Source: Chiloscyllium plagiosum (lineage: Eukaryota). Taken from it: DNA of 64,000 nt. Shown piece by piece: positions 50,728 through 63,425 of this stretch. Made by a program: the position numbers and the translations under genes. The stretch covers positions 39,234,395 to 39,298,394 of the forward strand of contig NC_057712.1 in the NCBI RefSeq assembly GCF_004010195.1, in the 5' to 3' direction. Under the pieces are notes generated by a model that saw only the letters and a list, made by a program, of their open reading frames with translations, had not been told where the DNA came from and ran no database searches. How positions within the stretch are numbered: the first letter of the stretch is position 1; every line of letters begins with the position of its first letter.

Positions 50728-52262
50728 CAATTTTACATTGACTTTTTGGACAAAACATGTTCTCAGGAACCTAAGTCTGGCTTGAACATTGATTTCTAAA
50801 GTCATTTTTCACTGAAAGTCATTTCACTAAAAGTCATAATTTGCACAACTCAATCAAAATCTCATGATTTTTAAAAACACTTAATCTCTCAACTTCCAAT
50901 CAAGAGAAAATAACCACCATTTCTCCAATCTTTCCATATAAGCACATGCAGGAGGTGGGATTAGTTTAGAATGTTGCCATGGTTGGCATAGACCTGGTGG
51001 GCTGAAGGGCCTATGCCTGTACTGTACTATTCTATGTTGTCCTATGACTAAGGCCCCCCAATCCATGGCCACATACGATTCAAGCTCCATTGCATTTCCC
51101 AGGTTTTGACATCCATGCAGTCTATTGCTCAAACTTGAATACAATTTTCCATATTTGTTTTATTTGACATTTCAAAGCTTGACATAATGTCCTCGTGTAC
51201 ATATTCTCTTGCATTGCAAAGTCAAAGGTTCATTATGTTTTTAATAAAACTTGTCTTGCCATCTTCAATTCATTTTTTGTAAATTTGGGAGATTTATGAA
51301 TACTAAATGTTACAGAAAAAAACGTAATTAAAGGTTTCACCATACACCTATCTCAGCCCAATAATAACGAACCTTTTAACACACTTTTTCCTTATTGATA
51401 GGGGAGTTATTAGTAAATGCAGTTGGTGGATTGGCAAATTTATAAATGGCAACAGTTTGTAATGAGTACTTGAAATCATTAAGTTCTAAAATGCTGAGCT
51501 CTGAACTTCAATGTGTCTGAATCGCTAGTTAATGTTTAAATGAAGAAATCGTAGTCTCTAAGTTTTCTAATTATGCTTAATTACTTTTTAAATTATGCTT
51601 AATAAATCTGATTGACCTCAATGACAAATGATCTCATTGTGCAAAGGCTTTGCCGTCATGGTTTTTCATATTGTAAAATATTTTGTAGACAAATTATCCT
51701 TTGGCTTCTGTCTTCATGATGTAAGTCTCAAGACAGGATTTGAATTAAGAAATTGCAGCATACATTAATTTATTTTCATATATTGAAAGCAGTAATGGTG
51801 TGTCAGTGAACAAAACCAGATTCATTGTTAAAAGTTGCAAGAATTAGAATGGCTGATTCTGAAACACTAGAGTTACAGTGATGTAACTTTGCTCTAGTCT
51901 CCAAAGGTAGCAGTGTGTATATTTCCAACCTATTACTTATTGGGTGAATTTTTATGGTTTTTCTTTATCTTTTCAGCAGGGTGTGTAGCTGTGAATGGAA
52001 GCAATGTGCCCTTAATAGTTTATACTACTAAAAAAAGAGACTGAAGGGGTTAGAAAAGCATTGAGTGAAAAGCATTTAAAAGACCAACAGATGAAGTAGG
52101 AAAGCATATTTAGTTCACTGATTAATTTATTTTTTCAACGCTGTTGTTCTATGGAAATGTGCCACCATTTCACGTTTCTGCCGAAATCTCTAGTTTTATT
52201 ATTAAATTTGAGACTGTATGTAATGTTAGATTGATATATTCTATTCTCAATATTCCCTTCAG

Positions 52263-52459
52263 TTTCAGCATGCTGCTCAGCTCGATGCAACTTGGCGATT
52301 TTGGCCTTTTGGGGATTTTTTGTTGTGTACGCACTACGTGTGAATCTCAGTGTAGCAATGGTCGAGATGTTAGATAATAATGCAACATCATTGAAGAATG
52401 GGAGTGTTGAGGCATGTCCACCACATTCCAATTCTACTCAACAAAATTATGTGAAAAAG
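52263..52459 (+). CDS. SLC17A5: Sialin-like coding exon 2 (197 nt; [36 protein letters not shown]...)
   Basis: cccttcag acceptor, AAG|GTAAGA donor; SLC17 TM1 signature [10 protein letters not shown]; N-glycosylation sequons NAT, NGS, NST in the loop. Confidence 0.93.
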
Positions 52460-52667
52460 GTAAGATAAACTGTCGCTGATTTGTTCATTCAGATGAGCTA
52501 ATCAGTATTTGTGAAAGGTAGTGGAAAAAAAAACCTTTTAGCACAAAATATTTTTAGTGTGTTTAGTTAACTTTTTTCTTTTTGTATATGAGCTGATGCT
52601 CAAACCTGATGCTATTATGTAGGTGTCTTTGGCTGCATTTTTAACTTGGCATTTCTGGTGACTGATG

Positions 52668-52806
52668 ATTTCTATCAACGTTTTTGCTATAAATGCTGTG
52701 TCTTACAATCTTGTACTCCACAATCACCTGATGAAGGAGCAGCGCTATGAAAGTTAGTGCTTCCAAATAAACCTGTTGGACTATAGCCCAGTGTTGTGAT
52801 TTTTAA
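52668..52806 (+). mobile_element. Penelope 3'-end fragment of a different family with a decayed hammerhead core
   Basis: 13-bp TSD CTGGTGACTGATG (52655-52667, 52807-52819); CAC-CUGAUGA-AGGAGCAGCGCUAU-GAAAGUUA-GUG, then AATAAA. Confidence 0.75.
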
Positions 52807-53793
52807 CTGGTGACTGATGCAATGTACAATTTAAGATACTAGTGCTTTGAATTCCCTTTCGTTATATTGTTGATCAGGGAGGAGAATCACAACAGTAGCA
52901 TTGAAATGACTGCCTGTACAATTTTTCAAAAGTATTTTGACTGTTGGACTGGGCAGCTGTTCATGATTTCCAGTTAATGCTTTGACTCTTGACAGAATAA
53001 AACTATTTGAGTGAAGTCTGCAGGACAAAACATCTAGTGCCTTATAAAATAGCACCAGTGCTTTCAAATGGAATTTGCTGTACAGATAGCTCTGTCCGAA
53101 ATTTACTTAAAATGATACTAAGTCCTAATCTTAATGCAACTGACTGTTTGTTTAGTTTATTTGAAATGTGTGACAGTGCCTAGAATTTGATGATTTAATT
53201 AGTGGTTATGTAACTTTGGAAGTTTTGCACAGGTATATTTAGCATGATCCCACTTGTATCATATGGTTCCAGTGGTAGGAAGATGCAATTGGAGAGGATT
53301 AGGAACAGAGTGGGAAAAGTGGAGGCTGCTGTTGGAGCTTATAGCAGAGTGGGAACACTAGTTGTGTAAGCTTCTGTAACTGATCATTGCAAATTTGGAT
53401 ATGAGAAACATAGACCATTTGTCCCTTCAAACCTGCTCTGACATTCAGTATGATCATGACTGAATGTCCAGCTGAGTATCCTATTTCCATTTTCTCTCCA
53501 TATCCTTAGGTCCCTTTTAGTCTGAAAAACTGTATCTAACTCTTTGAGAACATTTTGATGTTTTGGTCCTAACCACTTTTTATGGCAGAGAATTGCACAG
53601 GTTTATCACTCTTTGGGTGAAGAAATTTCTCCTCTTATCTTCAGTAGTTGACTGCATACTTTTAAACTGTGATCACTTGTTCTAGACTTCATGGTCATTG
53701 GGAATATCCTTCCCGCATTTACCCTGCCTAGTCCTGTTAGAATTTTATAGTCTTCTAAATGACAGTGAATATAGACCACTAAGCCAGACTCTT

Positions 53794-56700
53794 TAGTGGG
53801 TGATGGATTCTTAGGGGAATGTAGCACGAACAGCCAAGTGTCTGGCATTGAGACTGGCTTTAATGTAATGAGGGGTACATCTGGTTCCAAGCGATGGACT
53901 TTGTTAGGGGATTCTAGTCTGAGGTACAGACAGACGTTTCTGTGGCCAGCAGCGAAAATTCAGAATGGTGTGTTGCTTCTCTGGTGCCAGGATCAAGGCT
54001 GTCTCCGAGACGGTGCAGAATGTTCTGAAGGGGGACGGGCCATCAGGAGGTCATTATGCACATTGGAATCAATGACATAGGAAGAGAAAAGGTTGAGATT
54101 CTGAAGGGAGATTAGAGTTAGGCAGGAATTTTAAAAAGGAGGTCTTTGAGAGTAGTAATATCTGGATTACTCCCGGTCCGACAAGCTATTGAGGGCAGGA
54201 ATAGGAGGTTAGAGCAGATGAATGCATGGCTGAGGAGGTGGTGTATGGGAGAAGGATTCACATTTTTGGATAATTGGAAGCTCTTTTGGGGTAGAAGTGA
54301 CCTGTACAAGAAGGACGGATTGCACCTAAATTGGAAGATTTGCTAGAGCTGCTCAGGAAGATTTAAACTAGTAAGGTGGGTGGGGGGGGGGTAGGAGAAA
54401 CCCAGGGAAATAGTGAGGAAAGAGATCAGTCTGAAACTGGTACATTAGAGAACAAAGGCGAGTCAAAGCAGAGAACAAGGTAGGACTAATAAATTAAACT
54501 GTATTTATTTCAATGCAAGGGGCCTAACAGGGAAGGCAGATGAGCTCAGGGCATGGTTAGGAACATGGGACTGGGATATCATAGCATTTACAGAAACATG
54601 GCTTAGGGATGGACGGGACTGGCAGCTTAATGTTCCAGGATACAAATACTATAGGAAGGACAGAAAGGGATGCAAGAGAGGAGGGGAGTGGCGTTTTTAT
54701 GGGATAGCATTACAGCTGTACTGAGGGAGGATATTCGTGGAAATACATCCAGGGAGGCTATTTGGGTGAGACTGAGAAATAAGGGAGGATCACCTTATTG
54801 GGATTGTATTATAGACCCCCTAATAGTAAGACGGAAATTGAGAAACAAACTTGTAAGGAGATCTCGGCTATCTGTAAGAATAATAAGGTGGTTATGGTAG
54901 GGAATTTTAATTTTCCAAACATAGACTGGGACTGCCATAGTGTTAAGGGTTTAGATGGAGAGGAGTTTCTTAAGTGTGTACAAGGAAATTTTCTGATTCG
55001 GTATGTGGATGTACCTACTAGAGAAGGTGCAAACCTTGACCTACTCTTGGGAAATAAGGCAGGGCAGGTGACTGAGGTGTCAATAGGGGAACACTTTGGG
55101 GCCAGAGAGCATAATTCTATTAGTTTTAAAATAGTGATGGAAAAGGATAGACCAAATCTAAAAGTTGAAGTTCTAAATTGGAGGAAGGACAATTTTGTCG
55201 GTATTAGTAAAGAACTTTCAAAAGCTGATTGGGCACAAATGTTCGCAGGCTGGAAAATGGGAAGCCTTCAGAACTGAGATAACGAGAGTCCAGAGAAAGT
55301 ATATTCCTGTTTAGGGTGAAAGGAAAGGCTGGTAGGTATAGGGAATTCTGGATGACTAAAGAAATTGAAAAAGAAGGAAGCATATATCCGGTATCGACAG
55401 GATAGATCGAGTGAATCCTTAGAGTATAAAGGCAGTAGGAGTATACTGAAGAGGGAAATCAGGAGGGCAAAAAGTGGAAAAGAGATAGCTTTGGCAAATA
55501 GGGTTAAGGAGAATCCAAAGGGTTTTTACAAATACATTTAAGGACAAAATGGTAACTAGGGAGAGAATAGGGTACGTCAAAGATCAGCAAGGCTGATTGT
55601 GTGGAGCACAGGAGATGAGGGGGATACTAAACAAGTATTTTTCATCAGTATTTACTGTGGAAAAGGAGAAGCAAGATATAGAATGTCGGGAAATAGATGG
55701 TGACATCTTGAAAAATCTCCAAATAATAGAGGAGAAAGTGCTGGATGTCTTGAAACGCATAAAGGTGGATAAATCCCCAGGACCTTATCCGGCTTACCTG
55801 AGAACTCTGTGGGAAGCGAGGGAAGTGATTGCTGGACTTCTTACTGAGATATTTGTATCCTCGATAGTCACGGGTGAGGTGCCGGAAGACTGCAGGTTGG
55901 CTAACGAGGTGCCACTATTTAAGAAAGATGGTAAAGACAAGCCACCGAACTATAGAGTGGTGAGCCTGACGTTGGTGGGCAAGTTGTTGGAGGGAATCCT
56001 GAGGGACAGGATTTGGAAAAGCAAGGACTGATTAGGGATAGTCAATATGGCTTTATGCATGGGAAATCATGTCTCATAAACTTGATTGTGTTTTTTGAAG
56101 AAGTAATAAAGAGGGCAGAGCAGTAGATGTGATCTATATGGACTTCAGAAAGGTGTTCAACAAGTCTCCCCATGGGAGACTGGTGAGTAAGGTTAGATCT
56201 CATGAAATACAGGGAGAACTAGCCATTTGGATACAGAACTGGCTCAAAGGTAGAAGACAGAGGGTGGTGGTGGAGGGTTGTTTTTCAGACTGGAGGCCTG
56301 TGACCAGTGGAGTGCCACAAGGATCGGTACTGGGTCCACTACTTTTCATCACTTATATAAATGCTTTGGATGTGAGGATAAGAGGTATAGTTAGTGAGTT
56401 TGCAGATGACATCAAAATTGGAGGTTTCGCGGACAGTGAAGAAGGTTACCTCAGATTACAACGGGTTCTTGATCAGATGGGCCAGTGGGTTGAGAAGTGG
56501 CAGATGGAATTTAATTCAGATAAATGTGAGATGCTGCATTTTGGGAAAGCAAGTTTTAGCGAGGCTTATATACTTAATGGAAAGGTCCTCTGGAGTGTTG
56601 CTGAACAAAGTGACCTTGGAGTGCAGGTTCATAGCTCCTTGAAAGTGGAGTCGCAGGTGGATAGAATAGTGAAGAAGGCATTTGGTATGCTTTCCTTCAT

Positions 56701-57313
56701 TGGTCAGAGTATTGAGTACAGGAGTTGGGAGGTCATATTGCGGCTGTACAGGACATTGGTTAGGCCACTGTTGGAACATTGCGTACAATTCTAGTCTTCT
56801 TCCTATAGGAAAGATGTTGTGAAACTTGAAAGGGTTCAAATAAGATTTACAAGGATGTTGCCAGGGTTGGAGATTTGAGCTATAGGGAGAGGTTGAATAG
56901 GATGGGGGTGTTTTCCCCGGAATGGTGGAGGCTGAGGGGTGACCTTATAACGGTTTAAAAAATCATGAAGGGTGTGGATAGGGTAAAGAGACAAAGTCTT
57001 TTCCCTGGGGTCGGGGAATCCAGAACTAGAGGGCATAAGTTTAGGGTGAGAGGGGAAAGGTATAAAAGAGACCTAAGGGGCAACCTTTTCACAGAGGTTG
57101 TATGGAATGAGTTGCCAGAGGAAGTGGTGGAGGCTGGTACAATTGCAACATTTAAGAGGCATTTGGATGGATGTATGAATAGGAAGGGTTTGGAGGGATA
57201 TGGGCCAGGTGCTGGCAGTTGGGACGAGATTGGGTTGGGATATCTGGTCGGCATGGATGAGTTGAACCGAAGTGTCTGTTTCTATGCTGTACATCTCTAT
57301 GACTCTGTGACTC
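53794..57313 (+). mobile_element. Long CR1 (end of ORF1 esterase plus ORF2, frameshifted), same family as 6843-11054, inserted into an older minus-strand CR1 relic (about 53400-53790 and 57478-57770)
   Basis: VVISGLLP...DGLHLN esterase motif; GLYYRPPN, VGNFNFP, GVPQGSVLGP, FADDIK; gactctgtgactct tail. Confidence 0.93.
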
Positions 57314-57323
57314 TCTTCCTATG

Positions 57324-57462
57324 AGGTAAAAACAATGACTGCAGATGCTGGAAACCAGATTCTGGATCAGTGGTGCTGGAAGAGCACAGCAATTCAGGCA
57401 GCATCCGAGGATTTTGATTTTGCCTGTCCTCGGATTTTGATTTTGCCAGCACCACTGATCCA
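57324..57462. mobile_element. Short inverted-arm Penelope-derived element at the CR1 tail
   Basis: 15-bp direct repeat GACTCTCTTCCTATG (57309-57323, 57463-57477); CTGGATCAGTGGTGCTGG / CCAGCACCACTGATCCAG arms. Confidence 0.75.
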
Positions 57463-57786
57463 GACTCTCTTCCTATGTCAGTCATCCCAGGAATCAGTCT
57501 AGTAAACCTATGTTCCATGCCTAAAGTCAGAGCAGGTAAGGAGTCCAAAACTGCACTCTGTGCTCCAGATGGGGTTTCACCAAAGTCCTGAACAAGTGCA
57601 AGATATCCCTGCTCCTGTACTCAAATCCTCTCGCTATAAAGGCTAACACACTATCTGCCGCTTTCGCCACCAGCTGCATATACATGTTTCCTTTCAGCAT
57701 CTAGTGTACAATGACACCCAGATCTTGTGCACCTCCCACATTGTTAATCTTGCATCATTCAGATAATTTGCCTTCCTTTTTTGGCT

Positions 57787-58018
57787 GGAAAAAGTGAGGA
57801 CTGGAGATCAGAGCTGAAAATGTGTTGCTGGAAAAGCACAGCAGGTCCGGCAGCATCCAAGGAACAGGAGAATCGACGTTTCGGGCATGAGCCCTTCTTC
57901 AGGAATCAGGAATTTCTGATTCCTGATTCCTGAAGAAGGGCTCATGCCTGAAACGTCGATTCTCCTGTTCCTTGGATGCTGCCTGACCTGTACTTTTCCA
58001 GCAACACATTTTCAGCTA
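57787..58018. mobile_element. Near-perfect palindromic Penelope-derived element with back-to-back hammerhead cores
   Basis: 12-bp TSD CCTTTTTTGGCT (57775-57786, 58019-58030); arms of about 100 bp; cores at 57870-57907 (-) and 57925-57962 (+). Confidence 0.85.
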
Positions 58019-58589
58019 CCTTTTTTGGCTAACAGGCTAATTAACTATTCGCACATTATATTGCTTTCTTTTGCTGAAAGTTGATTTTGCAGATCAAGGT
58101 CAAAGTTCTGTGACCAGCCCTCAAGAACTTTGCATCTCAAAGAAGAGATATAGAGCAGGTAGTGTGTTCATTGTTCTAGTAACAAAAAAAAACTGAAACA
58201 GCAGTGTGGAACCTAAAATAGCATCTCCTCTTCAGCTTAGTATGTTAACAAACATTTCAAAATTAAACTACCTAATGAAAGGAGAAGGTGTGTTCCTTAT
58301 TTTCACTTAACATTTGGACATGACAGTCCAATGACTGCTGTGGATTAGTTGCTGTTTGAAATGGCCGAGTAAGGATTCCGTTGTCACCAGTAACACCATG
58401 AGGGCAGTTTGGAATAAGTGATAAATGCTGGGCTTGACAACCACATTCTGTAAAAGAGTTTAAAAAAAAATGCAATTCAACCTTCAGAGATGGAGAGTCA
58501 GCAGAGAAGGGAGTTCAAGAATTTAGGGAGAAGAGGTGCCGACACCATTAGTCAGTCACTCAATAAACATAAATGTTTAGTTTTGACCA

Positions 58590-58770
58590 CTTTGAAGAAA
58601 TTATCTGCCTCCCTCAGATGCGAACTTGGCTCCCCCTACCCCCACCACCATTCCTGAAGAAGGGTTATACCCAAAAAGTCGACTTCTCCATCTCCCTATG
58701 CTGTTTGGCTTGCTGTGTTCTTCCAGCTTCATGCTTTTCTACTTTGGAATTCAGCATCTGCAGTTTTTTT
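58590..58770 (+). mobile_element. Older member of the hammerhead-bearing short element group
   Basis: ATTCCTGAAGAAGGGTTATACCCAAAAAGTCGAC ... TTCAGCATCTGCAG. Confidence 0.6.
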
Positions 58771-60260
58771 TTGACTCTAAATAAATCTACACCACTGTGA
58801 AATCTCTTCAAAGGATACCCACTTTAAAGAAGTGCTCTGCCTCCCTCAGACATGAACTCAGCTTCCCCCATCCCTACCTCCATTCCATTGGCAGTCAAAC
58901 TAGTTTTGGGACTGGTATACTTCTGGGAGTGTCTTGTTGAAATTTAATTTCATATTTGGAGTAGGTGGTAAGATTTATAGATCCAGGCTGGATGGCTAGT
59001 CAGTTTAACTTCAGCGGTAGGGAAACTTCTAGAAACTATTATTTGGGATAAAATTTAATAATCGCGTGGAAAAATGTGAATTGATTCAGAAAATTCCACA
59101 TGGATTTGTTGAGGGAAAATTGAGTCTAACTAATGTGCTGGAGCTTTTCATAAAGGCAATATAGAGGGTTGATGAGGCAAGCCAATTTATATAGTGTACA
59201 TAACTTGCAAAAGACACGATACAGTGCAACACAACAGACTTGTCAGGAAAGTTATAGGTCGTGGAATAAAAGGAACAGGTTTCCCACCAAGAAGAGAGAA
59301 GCCAGCAGTGTTAAGGAAGACCAAGTTCTTCTATTAAGTTGCACAGTTTCTTGAAAAAAGAATATTAATGTTTTTTTCCTTCATTTATCATTGGATCAAT
59401 ACTCTGTAATACCGTAGTTAACCACATGATGGCACACTTGGGAAGGAATTAGTGCATTGGAGAATGGTTCGAGGGATGAGACAAGATTGAAGAAATTGCA
59501 ACTGTTTTTCTTGGAGTGGAGAAAGCTAAGAAAAAATCTAATAAGTTTACAAAATAATCAAATTTTCAAAATGGAAGCAACGTGCAGAGGTTTTGAAAAA
59601 AAATCATGAGAATGGCATTCATTTAAAGTGCTGAGAACAGATGTAGATGTGAAGGCTTCCTCCTGCGCTAGCGATTCTGTGCTTTGCAAGCTGTAATTTG
59701 ATTTGAAAATTGAATGTACTTTAATATTAATTTGAATAGTATGTACATTTCATTAAGGGTATCTATGTCACACAAGTTAGAATAACACCCTGAAAAGGAG
59801 AAATCCAAAGGCATAGCAATATGAATCAGGAAATTCTCCATCATAATGGATTGTTGTACTCCGTCACAGGTTTATTATTGAATTTTACTTCAAAGTTTTT
59901 TTAAGATAATTTTTGTAAGTATAAAATTAATCAAGCAACTTGAGGCTATTTTAAAAATTTAAAACTTTTTCCATTGATCACATACCAGACTTAAGCATTC
60001 CAAATAACCCACTTTAAAGTTAACATAATTTTGCCCCAGTCAAGTGACATTGCCCGGTTATTATCACTCTATGATTCAGAGTTTTTGCAGTACAGGTTTC
60101 AATTCAATCAGAATTTTTCAATCCTGTGCTAACAGGTAATCAAATTTGGCTTTCTTCATTCTTCTTTGTGCTCCCTGCCATCTGGCCTGTCTGAACAAGA
60201 AGAGAAAAAACTAGCAATGTTATAGGAACATTGAGTTTTTCTCTTAAGTTGCACAGTATC

Positions 60261-61228
60261 CCAAAGGTAGAAGACAGAGGGTGGTGGTGGAGGGTTGTTT
60301 TTCAGACTGGAGGCCTGTGACAAGTGGAGTGCCACAAGGATCGGTGCTGGGTCCTCTAACTTTTGTCATTTACATAAATGATTTGGATGCGAGCATAAGA
60401 GGTACAGTTAGTAAGTTTGCAGATGACACCAAAATTGGAGGTGTAGTGGACAGCGAACAGGGTTGCCTCAGATTACAACAGGATCTTGACCAGATGGACC
60501 AATGGGCTGAGAAGTGGCAGATGGAGTTTAATTCCGATAAATGCGAGGTGCTGCATTTGGGAAAGCAAATCTTAGCAGGACTTATACACTTAATGGTAAG
60601 GTCCTCGGGAATGTTGCTGAACAAAGACCTTGGAGTGGAGGTTCATAGCTCTTTGAAAGTGGAGTCGCAGGTAGACAGGATAGTGAAGAAGGCGTTTGGT
60701 ATGCTTTCCTTTATTGGTCAGAGTATTGAGTTGTGAAAGATGTTGTGAAGCTTGAAAGGGTTCGAAAAGATTTACAAGGATGTTGCCCGGGTTGGAGGAT
60801 TTGAGCTATAGGGAGAGGCTGAACAGGCTGGGGCTGTTTTCCCTAGAGTGTCGGAGGCTGAGGGGTGACCTGATAGAGGTTTTCAAAATTGAGGGGTTTG
60901 GATATGGTAAATAGGCAAAGTCGTTTCCCTGGGGTCGGGGAGTCCAGAACTAGAGGGCATAGGTTTAGGGTGAGAGGGGAAAGATATAAAAGAGACTTGA
61001 AGGGCAACTTTTTCACGCAGAGGGTGGTACATATATGGAATGAGCTGCCAGAGGAAGTGGTGGAGGCTGGTACAATTGCAACATTTAAGAGGCAATTGGA
61101 TGGGTGTATGAATAGGAAGGGTTTGGAGGGATATGGGCCGGGTGCTGGCAGGTGGGACTAGATTGGGTTGGATATCTGGTCAGCATGGACCGAAGGGTCT
61201 GTTTCTATGCTGTATGTCTCTGACACTG
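60261..61228 (+). mobile_element. CR1 3' part with an internal deletion near 60733
   Basis: GVPQGSVLGP, FADDTKIGG; 6-bp TSD AGTATC (60255-60260, 61229-61234). Confidence 0.92.
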
Positions 61229-61636
61229 AGTATCATGAAAAAAGAACATTAATGTTTTTCTTTCATTATCACTGGAATACCTTAGCTAACCATATGATGG
61301 CAACGTTAGCATAAGGTTCAAGAAGGGCCACCTACCTTCTCAGTGCAACTTCAATTGGTAACGAATGTGTCGTCTTGCCAGTGTTAACCATATCCTAAGT
61401 CTGGACAGAAATTTGCACGTTCAATGGAAATTGGATAGTTGAAATATTTCTTCCAAATGATGTGTATGTTAACTAGATGTTGGACCTTTTCATGTGTTAT
61501 TGATTTATAGAAGTTTAAATGTTTTACACATTATGCACTTATAACACAACTGGCCTAAGGATGTTTTTCTTAATTTTGAAATAAGGTCAATTTTGAGAGG
61601 TACTATTTTTACTGGAAATTTTTCTGTTTCTAACAG

Positions 61637-61870
61637 GGCAAGGTATATAAATGGAATTCAGACATACAGGGATGGATCCTTAGCTCTTTCTTCTTTGGTT
61701 ACATCGTTACTCAGATACCAGGTGGATATCTGGCAGGTCGATTTGGAGGGAAGCTGTTACTTGGCTTTGGCATACTGGGCACTTCAGTTTTGACCCTCCT
61801 GACCCCTCCAGCAGCAGCATTGAGTGCTTACTGTGTAATTATATTGAGGGTTCTTGAAGGTCTGGGAGAG
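61637..61870 (+). CDS. SLC17A5: Sialin-like coding exon 3 (234 nt; [39 protein letters not shown]...LRVLEGLGE)
   Basis: ctaacag acceptor, GAG|GTATGG donor, phase 0/0, SLC17/MFS motifs. Confidence 0.95.
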
Positions 61871-63425
61871 GTATGGTGTAAGTTTTCCTTTCCAAACGTT
61901 TAAGCATTTTACTTAATTCAAACATTCAGGTGTGGTTATAAATCAATAGTGACTAACTGTTTTTGACTATTTGGATTACATGATTCCAGGAAGTATAGAT
62001 CTTCACTGGGAAGGAAGACCGTGAAATTGGCACAATTTGAGTTTTTATTTTAAAACATCATGGTTTTTAAATTGTGATGAATGGTTTTGAATTTTCTGTA
62101 GTTATTTAGCTGTAACTAGTTTACTGAATTTCTACTCGTTTATCTGCTGTCAATAATTAATCATTGTTGTCCAAATTACGTATGACTGTTGATAAGGTCA
62201 TATTGACATAAAAGTTGAGGATGAGGAAAGAAAGTTCCAAGCTGCAGCATATTACAAAGTGTATCCTTTTGAATGATGGAAATTATTTGAATATATCCTT
62301 GGACAGCCTTGATTTAGTACTCGCCATGTCCAAAAACAAAATAGTGTAGATGCTGGAAGTCTGAAATACGAACAAGTACTGAAAGAACTGAGGAGGTCAG
62401 GCAACGTCTGTGGGTTGAGAAGAAGAGTTAACATTTTAGGTTGAAGGCCTCCTGGTTCTGTGCAAATATTGGATTTTCAAGTTAATATTTTTTGTACTTA
62501 TTTAGTTAAGCTTTCATATGAAGAAATGACAAATGGGCTTCCCCTAATATAGAATTTATCTAATGATAGAACTTTGAACACCTATAACTACAGAAAAAAA
62601 TTCCCTAATCAGAATGCTTTGGAAAGTGTAAACCTTTGTCATTAGAAATATTATTGTCATAAAGTTTTATGATTTTAATGTTTACTGATATATAGTATTG
62701 AAAAGTAGCATTTGATAAGTGTAAATATGCAATGTTTAGAAAAAATCTTTGCTTTCTAAAATAACTGAAAGTGTTGGAAATCCTCACATCTGACAGCATC
62801 TGTGGAGACACAGAAACAACAGTTAATGTTTTAGGTTACTCGCCGTTTTAATTATAACTACATACATAGTAAGAACAGCAAACATTGTAATATTCTCCAA
62901 CACCATTTTAAAAAAAAGAAAATCAAGCCAAAGATACAGAAAAACAATAAAGCTTCTTCAAACAGGTTGATCTTAAACGAGAGAAGCAGAGAGATTTAAG
63001 GTGAAAATGGCTCGGGAATTCAATACATGAAGATACTGCCATGAATGGTTGGGTGGGAGAAGCTGAATCTGAGCAAAACTGAATTCTCTGGACTCCTACA
63101 TCGCTAACATTTGTAATTGTTGAGTCTGGTGATAAGAAAGACATCACTGAATATTTCAGCAACAGGTGGGTTGTAGCAGTGAGCAATACTACCAAAGCAG
63201 AAGAAGGCTGCTTTGGTGATGGGTCAATATGGGGTTACGAACACAGTTTGGTCTAACAGAATGACAAGGTTTTGAATGGGCCTAGTTCAGCCTGACTGGC
63301 TGGGGATGTGAATAAAATTGTTGACAAGTGAGTAGAGTTTAAAGAAATGGAGTTTCCCTCCAATTTGGCTGTCACTAGCTTTTAAGATTAAACTTTTTCT
63401 TGTGTCTATTCTGATTATGTAATAG

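Noticed and set aside
51950-51990. Strong polypyrimidine tract and CAGCAG acceptor in SLC17A5-like intron 1
   Set aside because: No convincing downstream donor, and a TGA at 52232 in frame with exon 2; an exon cannot be supported without RNA data.
54798-57324. RT/endonuclease ORFs as host genes or an active element
   Set aside because: Multiple frameshifts and stops; decayed CR1 ORF2. The same applies to the Rex1 and Penelope ORFs.
57787-58018. microRNA precursor or DNA-transposon MITE
   Set aside because: Multi-copy with variable 10-15 bp TSDs and variable inversion points; better explained as Penelope-derived.
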